A stretch of 64,000 nucleotides of DNA from the NCBI GenBank assembly GCA_000004695.1, contig CM000153.2, forward strand, positions 2,368,001 to 2,432,000, given 5' to 3'. The first letter of the stretch is position 1. The number at the start of each line of letters is the position of its first letter. Under the pieces are notes generated by a model that searched no databases, was not told the origin of the DNA, and saw nothing but the letters and a program-made list of their open reading frames with translations. Positions 1 to 15,197 of the stretch are shown piece after piece. This DNA comes from Dictyostelium discoideum. Lineage: Eukaryota. The translations under genes and the position numbers were made by a program.

Positions 1-1309
1 CCTTTGAAATATATTTTATTATTCGATATTTTAAAATTATTTTATTATAATTAATTTTTATTTTAATTTTTATAATTATTTTTATTTTAGCTCATAAATT
101 TTATATCATCACCATATACATATTAAACAATTAAATAAAATTTTTATTTATTTTATTTTATTTTTTAAAAAAAATAATTATTCACCTACCATTTGTAGTA
201 AAGATATTATTTTTACTAAATATAAAAGATAATACTGCATTATTATAAAGATAATAATTAAATGATTCTGTTTTATAAATAATTTCGAAATATTATCATA
301 ATATTGTTTTTATATTCACCCACAAATACATATAGAGTTATAAAGTTATATTCACCCCCACACACTTATCAAAAAAAAGCATTAGATTAGAAAAAAAAAC
401 AATAAAAAAAGATCTTTTACAAATAAAAAAAAATCAAGAACATCATAATATACTAGGGTTAATATTTAATATGGCAGCTAAATATAAAATAAAAAAATCA
501 ATTAATTACCACATTAAGCCCAGAGGACATATAAAATAATTTAGATTGGTTTAAACAACACACATACACACACACAATTCACACATTATTTTTTTTTTTA
601 TGTTTTTTTTTTCTCTTTAGTTTAAAATATTAATCTGTCCCACCCTGTCCTTTACTTTAGTTTTCAAATTAATTTCCTTTTCATTAAAATAAAAACAATA
701 TTGTTATTTTAATTAATTATTTAATATTGTTTTTTTAAAATATTTTTATTTTAACCCCAAGAAATAATTTGATATAAAAAGGTTAACTTTAAAAAAAAAA
801 AAAAAAACAAAAAATCATATTTGAATATTTATCAATCAAATCAAATAGTCAAAAAATTATATATAATAAAAATTTACTTAAACTACAAAAATATTATAAT
901 TTTAGCTGTTGATTGTTCATTTACAATTTTTCAGTAAAAAAAAAAAAGAAAAAAAAAAAAATTTTATTTAAACACTTTTTTATATATATTTATTTTGATA
1001 TTTATTTGTTTTTTTATTTTTATTTTTTAAAAAATCATCATTTTTTTTTTAAATAAAATAAATCTGTTTTTAAATTATAATATAATATTTTAAATTTATA
1101 AATTTATAAAAAAATAATAATTTATTTATTTTTTTCACTATATTGTACTTTAAATAAATAAATAAAATAAAATAAAATAAATTAAAATAAAATAAAATAA
1201 AATAAAATAAAATAAAATAAAATAAAATAAAATAAAATCCAACCATTTTTTTGTATTGTACTTTAATATATAAATATTATTATTAAAAAAAAAAAAAAAA
1301 AAAAAAAAA

Positions 1310-3160
1310 ATGAAACTCAATAAAAGTTTAATCGCAATATTATTATTATGTTTTGTGTTATTTGTTAATATAAATGTGTCCAATGGGCAAGATAGTTCGG
1401 TAGCACAATCGGAAAACCCTACTCCTTCAAGTTCCGAACAACAAGTAGTACCATCATCACAAGAAGATCAAACAGCTTCATCAGCTGTTCCCGAACAAAC
1501 TGACTCACAACAACAAGAAGCACCAGCTCAATCATCAGCTGCCCCATCAACTGATTCACAACAAGCTCCAACAGAATCAACTGAAGCCCCAACTCAATCA
1601 TCAGTCGAACAACCAGCACCAACAGAATCAACTGAAACACCAGCCCAATCATCAGCTGCTGAACAACAAGCACCAGCAGAATCAACTGAAGCCCCAGCTC
1701 AATCATCAGCTGCTGAACAACAAGCACCAGCAGAATCAACTGAAGCCCCAGCTCAATCATCAGCTGCTGAACAACAAGCACCAGCAGAATCAACTGAAGC
1801 CCCAGCTCAATCATCAGCTGCTGAACAACAAGCACCAGCAGAATCAACTGAAGCTCCAGCTCAATCATCAGCTGCCGAACAACAAGCACCAGCAGAATCA
1901 ACTGAAGCCCCAGCTCAATCATCAGCTGCTGAACAACAAGCACCAGCAGAATCAAATGAAGCACCAGCTCAATCATCAGCTGCCGAACAATCAGCAGAAT
2001 CAAATGAAGCACCAGCTCAATCATCAGCTGCTGAACAACAAGCACCAGCAGAATCAAATGAAGCTCCAGCTCAATCATCAGCTGCCGAACAACCAGCAGA
2101 ATCAAATGAAGCACCAGCTCAATCATCCTCAACTGTAGAACAACCACCAGCTGAATCATCAGCTGCACCAGAAGCAACAGAAGTTCCAGCTGAATCTGCT
2201 GAACAACCAACTGAATCATCAAATGCTGAACAACAACAAACTGACTCACAACAACCAACTCAATCATCAGGTGAAGAACAACAACAACCAACTGATTCAC
2301 AACAACAACCAACTGATTCACAACAACAAACAACTGATTCACAACAACAACAAACATCAGAATCATCAAATCCAACCCAATCATCAGGTGAACAACAACC
2401 AACCGAATCATCAAATGCTGAACAACCAACTGATTCACAACAACCACCAGCAGAATCATCATCAGCCCCAGAAGCAACTGAATCTCCAGAACAATCAGGT
2501 GAAGAACAACCAACTGAATCACAACAAGAAACATCTGCTTCACCAACTGAAGAAAATCAAACATCTTCAACAGAAGAACAACAACAACCAGCCGATTCAA
2601 CCGCCTCTGTAGAACAACCAGCCGAAACATCATCATCACAACAAACCTCAGAAGCACCAGCTCAATCAAATGAGCAACCAACTGAATCATCTGCCTCTTC
2701 TAATCCAACTGAATCATCATCTGCTACTCCAACTGAATCATCCACAGCTCCAACTGAATCATCTGCCACACCAGCTGAATCATCAACTGCCACATCAGAA
2801 TCATCTGAAGAAACCGTTGTAAAACCAGCCTCTGGAGAAGATGGTTCAGAAGCCATTGAATCAGGAGAAACTGAAACATCAGAAGAATCAATTGAATCAG
2901 AAGAAACTGAAACATCAAATTCTGAAACAAGTCCAGCAATTTCCAAATCACCAATCAACTCTGATCCAACTCTTCCAAATATTAATGAATTTTCTGACGA
3001 TGAAAAAGCCTCACAAAAAGGTGGAAAACAAAATAAATTACATTCAAGTACAGAAGAAACTTCTGATGAAACATCATCCCATAGTGATTCATCAAACTTA
3101 AAATCAAATAGTATATTCACAATTGTAGCTGTATCATCGATTATCTATTTAATTTTGTAA
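1310..3160 (+). CDS. Secreted Ser/Thr/Gln/Pro/Glu-rich repeat protein with an N-terminal signal peptide and a C-terminal hydrophobic GPI-anchor-type tail (mucin-like cell-surface glycoprotein); single exon
   Basis: 616-aa ORF. N-terminus MKLNKSLIAILLLCFVLFVNINVSNGQ is a classic signal peptide. Long low-complexity S/T/Q/P/E body with about 8 near-identical 17-aa units AEQQAPAESTEAPAQSS. C-terminus ...NSIFTIVAVSSIIYLIL is a GPI-signal-like hydrophobic tail. AAAAATG start context. Confidence 0.7.
   Translation: MKLNKSLIAILLLCFVLFVNINVSNGQDSSVAQSENPTPSSSEQQVVPSSQEDQTASSAVPEQTDSQQQEAPAQSSAAPSTDSQQAPTESTEAPTQSSVEQPAPTESTETPAQSSAAEQQAPAESTEAPAQSSAAEQQAPAESTEAPAQSSAAEQQAPAESTEAPAQSSAAEQQAPAESTEAPAQSSAAEQQAPAESTEAPAQSSAAEQQAPAESNEAPAQSSAAEQSAESNEAPAQSSAAEQQAPAESNEAPAQSSAAEQPAESNEAPAQSSSTVEQPPAESSAAPEATEVPAESAEQPTESSNAEQQQTDSQQPTQSSGEEQQQPTDSQQQPTDSQQQTTDSQQQQTSESSNPTQSSGEQQPTESSNAEQPTDSQQPPAESSSAPEATESPEQSGEEQPTESQQETSASPTEENQTSSTEEQQQPADSTASVEQPAETSSSQQTSEAPAQSNEQPTESSASSNPTESSSATPTESSTAPTESSATPAESSTATSESSEETVVKPASGEDGSEAIESGETETSEESIESEETETSNSETSPAISKSPINSDPTLPNINEFSDDEKASQKGGKQNKLHSSTEETSDETSSHSDSSNLKSNSIFTIVAVSSIIYLIL
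1650..2130 (+). repeat. In-frame tandem array of 51-bp units (about 8-9 copies, more than 90% identical) encoding AEQQAPAESTEAPAQSS
   Basis: Read directly: repeated tcatcagctgctgaacaacaagcaccagcagaatcaactgaagccccagctcaa units with a few T/A/N substitutions. Confidence 0.85.
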
Positions 3161-3415
3161 AAAAAAAAAATGGAATCAATCCACTTTTTTTTTTATATAT
3201 TTAAACTTTTAAACAACAAAATGTAAAAATTAATTTAAAAAATACAATCTTATTAATTGTAATAATAAAAAATAATAATCAAATAATCAAAATAATCAAA
3301 ATAATCAAATAATAAAAATAATATACATATAGCAATTGTATTATTTATATATTTTAAAAAAATAAAAATAAAAAATAAAAAATAAACATTAATTTAAAAA
3401 AAGAAAAATTTTATT

Positions 3416-4808
3416 TTATTTTTTTAAAGTTACACCAACACCATAATTATTTGAATTCATTTTAATTAAACCATTATCTAATAATTGAAAAGCATCATTT
3501 TCAAATAGTTGAGTTGCATCATCAATTAATAAACCACCATCGAGATCACCACCAAAGTCAGATAATGAACATAAGAGATGAGCAGCGGCACTAACATTTA
3601 AACTTGAAGCTACCATTGAACCAATCCAAGTTTTTAAACCCAATTCTTTTGCTTTTAATAATGTTGAAAGACCTGGTCTAATTCCACCAGTTTTTTCAAG
3701 TTTTATATTTACACCATGAACTAATTGAACTAAACCATCCAAATCCTTTTCAGTACAAATTGATTCATCAGCGAAAATGAGTAAACCTTTATCTTGATAT
3801 TCCTTTTTAATTGATACCCATTCGTTTAAATGTTGAATATCAATTTTTTGATCTTTGTTGACTGTTTTTAAAGTTTCAATTGGGAATGGTTGTTCAACCA
3901 TTGATATTAAATCAGCCATTGGTGATAGCTTTTCCAAATATTTTCTTGCAACACTTGGGGTCCAAGATGAATTTGCATCGACTGAAATTTTTGAAATTGT
4001 TCTTGTTGAATTATTATTTAATAAACGTTTTTGAACAGAGTCAATGATATTCATACCTTTTTCAACGTCAGCATCTAATTTAATCTTTAAAAATCCTGTA
4101 TATTTACTACCGAAATCAGTTGAATCCATAATTTCCTCCATTGTTGGACACATTGAAATTGTATAATAAAATGGTTTCAATGATTCACTCTCTGGAATAT
4201 TAATTAATTTATAAATTGGTTGTTTTAAAAATTTACCCCAACCATCTAACAATGCCATTTCAATTGCACATCTTGAAGCATAGGAATAATCTTTACTATT
4301 CTCTTTACAATTATCTAAACATTCAAATAAAAATTGATAAACACTTTGTTGATAATCACCATTCATTTCTTTTCTTAATTCTTTAAAATATTCTTTTTGT
4401 GAAATTTTATTAAATGCATCATAATGATATGATTCTTCTTGTTGTTGTTGTTGTTGTTTTTGTTTTTCATCAATTTCTTTAATCCAACTATTAAAATAAG
4501 TTTCAATATCATTGTAATCTGCTAAATAACATAATGGTTTCTTTGGTGGTAAACCACATTCTCCAAATCCTCTAATATCCTCTACTTTAATTTCAATTAA
4601 TGCATTGGTTCTTGTTGTTGTTACTGAATGTGCTGTTCTAAATTTAATGAAAAAAGTGTTAAATGAAATAAAATATTAAAATATAAAAATAAAATTTAAT
4701 AAAAATAAAATCTTACCCAAATGGATTTCTTAGATTTAATTTATATTGTTTAATTGATAATTCAACATTTATTTTATTTTTAAATAAAAATTTCAACATT
4801 TTTGTCAT
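3416..4808 (-). CDS. Enolase-superfamily enzyme of the mandelate racemase / muconate lactonizing enzyme family (dipeptide-epimerase / o-succinylbenzoate-synthase-like); 2 exons approx 4717..4808 and 3416..4637
   Basis: Exon 1 MTKMLKFLFKNKINVELSIKQYKLNLRNPFG ends at a GTAAGA donor; a TTTAG acceptor joins it in frame to TAHSVTTTRTNALIEIKVEDIRGFGECG (capping domain). Barrel domain carries KIKLDADVEKG, ISVDANSSW, FADESICTEKDLDGL and NIKLEKTGGI, matching MR/MLE metal-ligand spacing. Confidence 0.75.
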
Positions 4809-5103
4809 AATTATGGTAAATATAAAAAATAAAAAAATAAAAAAAATTAAAAAAAATAAAAAATTTGATATTCTGTTTTTTTTTTTGATCAAAAAATTCA
4901 TTTTCAATTTTTTTATTAAATTAACAATATATTCCCTATAGTTGTTATTGAAAATAAAGAAACAATTACAAAAAATGGATGATAAATAATTAAAAATAAA
5001 CTTTTTTAAATAAAAAAAAAAAAGAAAAAAAAAAAAAAAAAAAGTGGAAATTATTTTGATTGGTAGTATTAACCATTGTGTATTATTCTAAAATTTTTAT
5101 TAT

Positions 5104-6095
5104 TTACATCAATGAGCAAGCTCCATCATTGGTTAATTCACCCTTTAAATTGTTTTCTATAGATTGGGGTGGTGGTGGTGGTGGTGCTGAAATTTCACCA
5201 CTTTTTTTTGTACTATTGCTGTAGTTGTTGTTGTTATTATTGTTATTGTTATTAGATGATGAATTTTCAATAATTTTTTTTTTTAAGGGGTCCAATTTCT
5301 TTAAAATATTATTTGTAGCATTACCAATACTAGAATATGTTGTATTGGTGTTATTATTAGTTGTATTATTATTATTTACAGTTTTTAAAGATTTTGGAGA
5401 TTTTGGAGGTTCTTGGTTTTTAACTTGTTGGAGTTGATCATGTTTCATTTGTTGTTGTTTTTTTATTGCTAAATGATTTTGTCCTTCTGTATTTAAAAGA
5501 TGGAATGAGTTACTTCTTCTCTTTGGTTGATTGCTTTGTTGTTGTTGTTGCTGCTTTGATTGACTATCTTTTTTATTTACATTATCATTATTATTACTAT
5601 TACTATTATTACAATTATTAATGGTGGTGTTGGTACCAAAATTATTACCACTACTAGTTAAAGTTGGAGAATAATTTCCATTTGGAATTCTAAAAGATTC
5701 AATAATTAATGGATTTTCATAAGCTATTTGTTTTAAATCTTCAAATGATATTCTCTCTTTTGCATCATTTATGAAATCTTCTTTCTTTTGAAAATAACCG
5801 GATTTAACTTCATTTGGATAATCCTTTAGAAATGGTTCGAAATAAATGAAATGAACATGGTCAATTAATTCTCTTAATTCACTTCTATTGATGAAATCTT
5901 TATGTTCAATTGCAAATAATTTAAATATAAATGTTAACTTTTGATCTATATTACCATGTGATAATGTTGATAATGATTCAACCAATTCTTTAAAATTTAA
6001 AAGATTATCATCATCTTTATCCATTAATTTAAACATTCTATCCAATAAATTATTGTTTTTATTTTCATTGTTATTATTATTGCTATTATTATTGC

Positions 6096-6162
<67 letters not shown>

Positions 6163-7772
6163 ATTTAAATTCCAATTCCAGTCAGGTAAAAATCTTAAAA
6201 TTAATTGTTGAAATTGTAAGAAACCAATACCAGTACCATCAGTTGATAAATATTCAAATTCTTCTTTTAAATCTTTTAATTTCTCTAAATCGAATTTAGT
6301 TGATTTTAGTAGATAACGAAGATCATTATCTTCTTCTTTTTGTTTAACTTGTTTCTTTGTAATTTCCCAATGTTTTGATTTTAAATCTTGAATTCTCTTT
6401 TTAGAGAGTACAATACCAATTCTTTTATAGGAATTTTCAATTGTTTTGAAAAGGTCAGGATTAAATGGTCTACCCGATAGAATATCAGTTACTTGACCAT
6501 GATTCTTTGCCAACATCAATGAATTTAAATTCATTTCAATTAAACCTAATGCAATCTCTAATAGTACTCTACTACCTCTAATAATGAAATTATCCCAAAT
6601 TATTAATGCACATTGTGCAGGTAATGATACTGTAAATAAACATAAAAACCATTCCATTGATAATACTGGTATAATGGCTCCAATATTCTTTAAATGTTGA
6701 TTCAATTCTGGAAATATCTCTTCCATTAAATCTAATAATACATTTTGATCAACTTGACTTCCTAACATTGTCTTTGTATAATAATCTGTAAGTAATTGAT
6801 CTGTAATATGTGATAAACACCAAAACACTTGCTCCTCTATATATACATATATATATATATAAATATACAAATATATATATATAAATAAATATAATTTATT
6901 ACTATTAATAATTATTAATTTTAAAATTATAAATTATAAATTATAATACAAACCATTTTCAATAATCATTAATAAAAAAAAAGTTATATAATTTAAAGAT
7001 TGACAATAACCAACAGTTGTTGTTTCACTAAAAACAAATAAAATTCTTTTTAATTTATCTTTAAATTCTGGATCTAATGATTTTGGATGTGTTGGAAATG
7101 TTCTCTCTAAATCCTATAAAAATTGAAAAAATTAAAAATATATTAGAATAATATTATAAAATCAATCTATTAATAATAATAAATAAATAAAAAACATACT
7201 GATAAAATTTCATTTTTATATTTTAAATTATTTATATTAGATTTACTACTAGTACTATTAAAAGATTCTGTTGATGTTGATAATATTAAATCATTATAAC
7301 TTGAATTCTTTGGCATTGTTGTTGATGTTGATGTTGATGTTGTTGAATATGGTGATGATGGTGTTGAAAATATTTGGAGATCAGTTAAATCATTTGATAA
7401 TTCATCTAGATTGAAATTTTCATTTTTTAATAATGACCAATAATAACCTTTTTTAAAATCTAAATTATAACAATCCAAGAATATTGTCCAAATTGATTTA
7501 CGATATTTTGGATGAATACCATGTGATAATAGTTCTCTAAATGATTCTTCATGTGAATATCTTTTTAAGTATCTAAATATATCCTCTTCTGTATGACATG
7601 TAGTTTGAATATAGTGTGTCCATTCTTCTAATCTTTCATCTTCATTCTTTTTTTGTTGTTTTAATTCTTTAATTAATTCTGAATTCTCTGAATACCTATA
7701 CTCAAATCCATATTCATCTATAAATATATCTTGATCAATTATAATATCTGTATCTTCTTCAAATGTTTCCAT
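5104..7772 (-). CDS. TBC-domain Rab GTPase-activating protein with a C-terminal EF-hand-like segment and poly-N/Q tracts; 3 exons approx 7200..7772, 6954..7113, 5104..6836
   Basis: Exon 1 has RELLSHGIHPKYRKSIWTIF (TBC motif A). Exon 2 has DLERTFP (Arg finger) and YCQSLNY (Gln finger). Exon 3 continues the TBC C-lobe (LLDLMEEIFPELNQHLKNIGAIIPVLSMEWFLCLFTVSLP) and has MFKLMDKDDDNLLNFKELVESLS (EF-hand-like). Donors GTATGT/GTTTGT and TATAG acceptors were read on the minus strand. Confidence 0.75.
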
Positions 7773-8163
7773 TTTTTTATAAAATAATTTTTTTTTTTTT
7801 TTTTTTTTTTAAATATATAAATTTACACAAAAATAAAAAAAAAAATAAAAAAATAAAAAAAAGAAAATATATATATTATATATAAATTAAAATTTATACA
7901 TATAGAACAATGAGATAATCTATTTTTGGTGGACAAAAAAAAAAAAAAAAAATCTTTTTTTTTTTAACGAAGGGTGAAAACGCCTTTTAACAAAAATAAA
8001 AAAAAGTTAAAAAAATAAAAAAAAAATAAAAAAATAAAAAAAAAAAAACAAAAATAAAAAAAAAACAAAAATGAACTCCTAAATTTTTTTTTTTTTTTTG
8101 GCATGATATTATTTTGATCATTATTTATTTATTTATTTATTTATTTTTTTCTAAACATGATAA

Positions 8164-10598
<2,435 letters not shown>

Positions 10599-10838
10599 TT
10601 ATTTGTTTTGGTTTTTGAGTAGAAAAAAAAAAAATAAATAAAAAAAAAAAAGAAGATTTTTATTTTTAAAATTTTTTGAGAAAAAAAAAAAATAAAATAA
10701 AATTAAAAATAAAATAAAATTAAAAATAAAACAAATCAAAATTTATTTTTTTTTTTAGAAGAAAAACAATTATTATTATAATTATTATTTTAAATGATTA
10801 TTTTTTATTTTTATTTTTATTTTATTTTTATTTTATTT

Positions 10839-12249
10839 TTAATTATAAAATACTAAACTTGGGAATATATAAAAGTATTTTTTATAAGCAGTGTCGAAAA
10901 TATTTTTTGGAAGACGAAGATTTAATAATAAACCTTTTGTACGTTGAACGACAGCACATTGAATGATGACTTTACAATCTTTATCGATTTCAGGATCACG
11001 ACCATCCATATTGATACGAAGAGCACGATAATTATCGATACGAGCAGGATCTTGAGAGATGATACGTGCATTTTCGACAGAGTTTTCATAGAAAGACAAG
11101 AGGAGATCTTTATATTGCTCCAATTTGATTGGAGCACCCAAGTCCTCCAATGTGATATTAAATATTGGATACATTGGATAATCTTGATCGAGGAAAATTA
11201 AAGAGGTGAAATTGGATGATCTTGGGTCCATTGCGAATGATTTTGGAATGTGAACGTAGAATTTGAAGATGAAATTATAGAAACGATTGTAAACTGGTGA
11301 TTCTAAAAATGATGTGCCAATCTTTAAATCGGCTATAAAACGTTCGAATAGTGGTTCCCAAGAGTTTGATTCATTCTCTAAACATGTAAAGACCAATGAG
11401 AGATGAATATCTTCAATGGTTACATCGTAGTGGAAATGATGTTTATTATTAGTGATGGTAGTTGATTTTTTAGTTTCTTTAACTTGAGGAGTATTGGTTT
11501 TATTTTGAACTTCAACAACTAATGATAAGTTATTTGAAGAGTCTGTATATTCTTGATGTTTAGATTCTTTTTTTGATTTCCATGTCTTTGGTACCCAATA
11601 TTGGTAATAATAGGTTGCTGCTGATGATGAGCTTTTAATACTTGATGTGAATGCTTCCATTTGAGTGTATTTAAATCCTTTTGCTTCGAAATTCTTAAAG
11701 GTTTTACAACAATGTTCCAATGCTGGTAAATTCTTTGTGAATTCACCATTTGATGAGGTATATGAAATGATGAATACATTGTTATTCTTTATGAAGAAAC
11801 ATTGTTTATTTCTTACTTTTTGTTCTGGTGCATAATATGATAAAAAGTCTGCACTGTTTGAACCGATTTTACATGAACCTGTTTCAATATGGGTTGCATT
11901 AATTTGTTGAATTTGTTGAATTGAAATATCTAATAATTGTTTTGGTGTCATAGATTGATCTGATCCAGTTGATCCTAAAATTATTATTATTATTTATTAT
12001 TTTTTTATTAAATTCACTAATTCATTAGTAAATAGTTTTAATTATTATTATTTGTTTAAAAAAAAAAGAAAAAAACAAACCTTCTAAATTTTGAATTGTA
12101 ACATTAAGACTTGGTGAGTTTTTATCGTTTGATTCCATGAAAGATGCTAAAAACATTGCTGAATGTTCCTTTACTATCCAATTTGATGGATATTCAAGTT
12201 CAAAACCATATTGATTTGAAACGTATTTTGAGTATTGAATATCGCTCAT
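10839..12249 (-). CDS. Hypothetical protein with a PsbP/DcrB (DUF1795)-like N-terminal domain and an uncharacterized C-terminal domain; 2 exons approx 12071..12249 and 10839..11983
   Basis: Exon 1 MSDIQYSKYVSNQYGFELEYPSNWIVKEHSAMFLASFMESNDKNSPSLNVTIQNLEG joins through a GTTTGT...TTTTAG intron to STGSDQSMTPKQLLDISIQQIQ... The GFELEYPSNW...QSMTPKQLLD pattern is characteristic of the PsbP/DcrB fold. No family match recognised for the C-terminal 300 aa. Confidence 0.45.
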
Positions 12250-12796
12250 TTTAATATTTGGGTTTTATGATATTTGAAAAGAAAGAAAAAAAAAAAAAAA
12301 AAAAAAATTAAAAATTAAAAAAAAAAGAAAAATTAAAAAAAAAAATTAAAAATTAAAACCGAAAAAAAAAAATTAAAAAAAAAAAAATAAAAAAAAAAAT
12401 AAATTTAATTAAAGGTCTTAATTCTCCCATGATTTTCATTTTTAGATAAAAGTAAAGAGGAGTTTAGTTTCCAAAATTAGAATCAAATTTCATCTAAATT
12501 TTCTTCTAAAACATAGGTGACTAAATTCAAAAAAATTTAAATAAATTATTCTCTTATATATAAATATATATAAATATTAATGAAATTGTTTGAAAAAAAA
12601 AAAAAAAAAAAAAAATCCTTTTTCGCGCTTTTTTTTATTTTTTTTTTTTTAATTTTTTTTTTATAAATTTTTTTTTTTTTCAACTTTTTTTTTTTTTTTT
12701 TTATTCTTTTTTACTTACTCTTATATTACATAATATATATTTTTTTGTATATATATAAAAAAAAGTTAAAATAAAATAAAAAAAAATAAAATAATA

Positions 12797-14087
12797 ATGG
12801 ATAGTGATGAAGAAACAGTTTTTAAAACACCAATAAAAAGAAAAAAGAGTACAACAATTATTGATGAAGAAGATGATGATATTTTAATAGATAAAGTTGA
12901 TAATGGTAATAACAAAGGTGATGATGAAGATATTAATTTTAAAACACCTTCACCAAAAATAAAGTCAAGATTAAAGAGAATTAAATCGTCACCTTCTTCT
13001 GACATTGATTTCACTCCATCACCAAAATCAAACCAAAAATCCAAAAATGGCACACCAAAAAGTACAACATCTTCACCAAAAATTGCAAATTCAACATCAC
13101 CATATAAACCAACAATAACACCACCAACAACTCCATCACCATCAAAAAAGGACCAAATTAAAAAGAAAATTAATAAATCTCCAATTTCTGCTACCCAATC
13201 TCCATCATCATCACCATTATCACAACCAAAATCAAAACCAATTCAAAATAATAATGATAATAATAGTTATGATAATGAAATTACTAATGATATTGACAAT
13301 CCTTGGGATTTCGGTACATCAGATATAAGAATGAATGATGATGGATCAATGTCAAATGATAATCAATATTTTGCAACACCTGAAAAATATTCTTCACCAT
13401 CAAAACAACAAGACCAAGATAAATCTCCATCACCTCAAAAAAATGTAAATAAAAAAAATGAAAAAGATTTTAAAATTAGTAACAAAAAAGTAATTTTAAG
13501 ATCAATTAAAGATAAGGACTTACTTTCTTTTAAAGGGGTTTCAAAACTTTATAATTCCTTAAAACTTTCTGGTTTCTCCACAAAACAGTCAAATAAAGTA
13601 AGTAATATTTTTTAAAATATATATTTTGACCATTTTATTTTAGAAAAAGGAAAATATAATAAAATAAAATAAAATAAAATAAAAATTTAAAATTAAAATA
13701 TTTCTATTTACCAAACTATAGGCAAATTTAGAAAAGTTATTTGGAATTTACTCTAAATGGACAAAAGAGCTTAATCCATATGTTACACTAGAAAATTCAA
13801 TTATTAATGTTGAGAGGTTGGGTAGAAATAGAATTGTTAGAGTAAGTAATAAAAAAAATAAATAAATAAAAAATTTAAAAAAAAGAAAAAGAAAAAAAAA
13901 AAATAGAATACTAACTTTACACTTTTTTTTTTTTCTTTTTTTTCTATTTATAAATCTTCTTTATAATTTTTTTTATTTTATTTCGTTAATAAATTTTTAG
14001 AATCATATTGATGATTTAAAGAATGGTATAGTGTTTAGTTATAACGAACCAAAAGTAGGTATCATTTTTTATTATAATTGGTGATTT
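12797..14087 (+). CDS. TIPIN/Csm3/Swi3-family (Timeless-interacting) protein with a long S/P/K-rich N-terminal region; exons approx 12797..13597, 13712..13840, 14001..14054 (or read-through to the stop at 14087)
   Basis: Exon 1 ends SFKGVSKLYNSLKLSGFSTKQSNK at an AAG|GTAAGT donor. Exon 2 ANLEKLFGIYSKWTKELNPYVTLENSIINVERLGRNRIV and exon 3 NHIDDLKNGIVFSYNEPK follow the TIPIN core pattern (KLDAQRLISKRGLPAL...[37 protein letters not shown]). Whether the 3' end reads through to 14087 or splices on to 14948 is unresolved. Confidence 0.5.
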
Positions 14088-14329
14088 TTTTTTTTTTTTG
14101 GCAATAGATTGTTTTGGTAAAATGTCGGTTATCGTTTTTTTAAAATAGTGTGTTTGTAATATAACCTTAAATATCTTTAATTTTTTTTTTTTTTTTTTGG
14201 TCCCAAAATGGACTCTTTTCCACTTTTACTTGTTTTTTTAAGTTAATAATAAAAAAAAAAAGAAACCATTTATAATAAAAAAAAAAAAAAATCATTTATA
14301 ATAATAAAAAAAAACAAATCATTTATTTA

Positions 14330-14800
14330 TATTTATTAATCCACAAACATTTCACCACAACACAACACAACACTTCACAAAACACAACTATATTGGGTGG
14401 CTTCTGTGAGGTTAATGCATTTAAATTTTTAATCTCCTCGTTTACCACCCTAAATTAATTGCTAATGATGTCGTTTTTTGAAATTTTACATTTATGGTGT
14501 GTTGATTAATATGTGGGTATGTGTGTGTGTGTAACAACCACCCTTCCTCTTATTATTAACCTCCATTTTTACCCGAATGTTTATTTCATTTTTCACAATC
14601 ATTATCTCTTATCTCCTTATACCTATGTTGCAAAGATACAATTATAGGACAGATACGGATAAGACAACTTTATTATTATTATTATCATTTTTATTTTTAA
14701 AATAATTTATGGTTTATAATTGACCTTTTATTTGTTTTACATGTGTGGTGTGTGGTGTGTGGTGTGTTGTAAGTACTTGTGTGGTTTGTAATCAAAATAA
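14330..14800. promoter_or_regulatory. GC-richer island with (CACAA)n, G/T-rich and (GTGTG)n blocks (CAE / G-box-like elements of the kind bound by G-box binding factor in developmental promoters)
   Basis: Read directly: cacaacacaacacaacacttcacaaaacacaac; gtgggtatgtgtgtgtgtgtaacaaccaccc; gtgtggtgtgtggtgtgtggtgtgttg. Composition departs from the surrounding roughly 85% A+T. Confidence 0.35.
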
Positions 14801-15142
14801 ATTTTAAAAAGATAAAAAGAAATAAATAATCATAAAAACACAATCAGTACTGTTTTTTTTTGTTTCTAATTTTTTATTATCGTTATTATTAATTTTCTTT
14901 GAATACTAACATAAATTTCCAAATAATAAATAATAATTGTATTTTAGGATAATCAAAACGATGTTAATGATAATGATATTAAAAATAATAATAATAGTGA
15001 CGATTTTGATTTTGATATTGATAATGAAATATCAAATCCAAATAATAGTAAAGTTGATTTTGTGCCACCTCATCAAGCTAAAAAGAATGATAACACCCAT
15101 TCAAATTCTTTTGGACAATTTAAAAATAATAATATTAGTAAT

Positions 15143-15197
<55 letters not shown>

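Noticed and set aside
1419-2690. 423-aa minus-strand ORF (plus 2662..3120 and other ORFs) antisense to the mucin-like repeat gene
   Set aside because: It is produced by the periodicity of the 51-bp coding repeat on the opposite strand. It has no start context, is L/V/Q homopolymer-like, and fully overlaps a far better gene.
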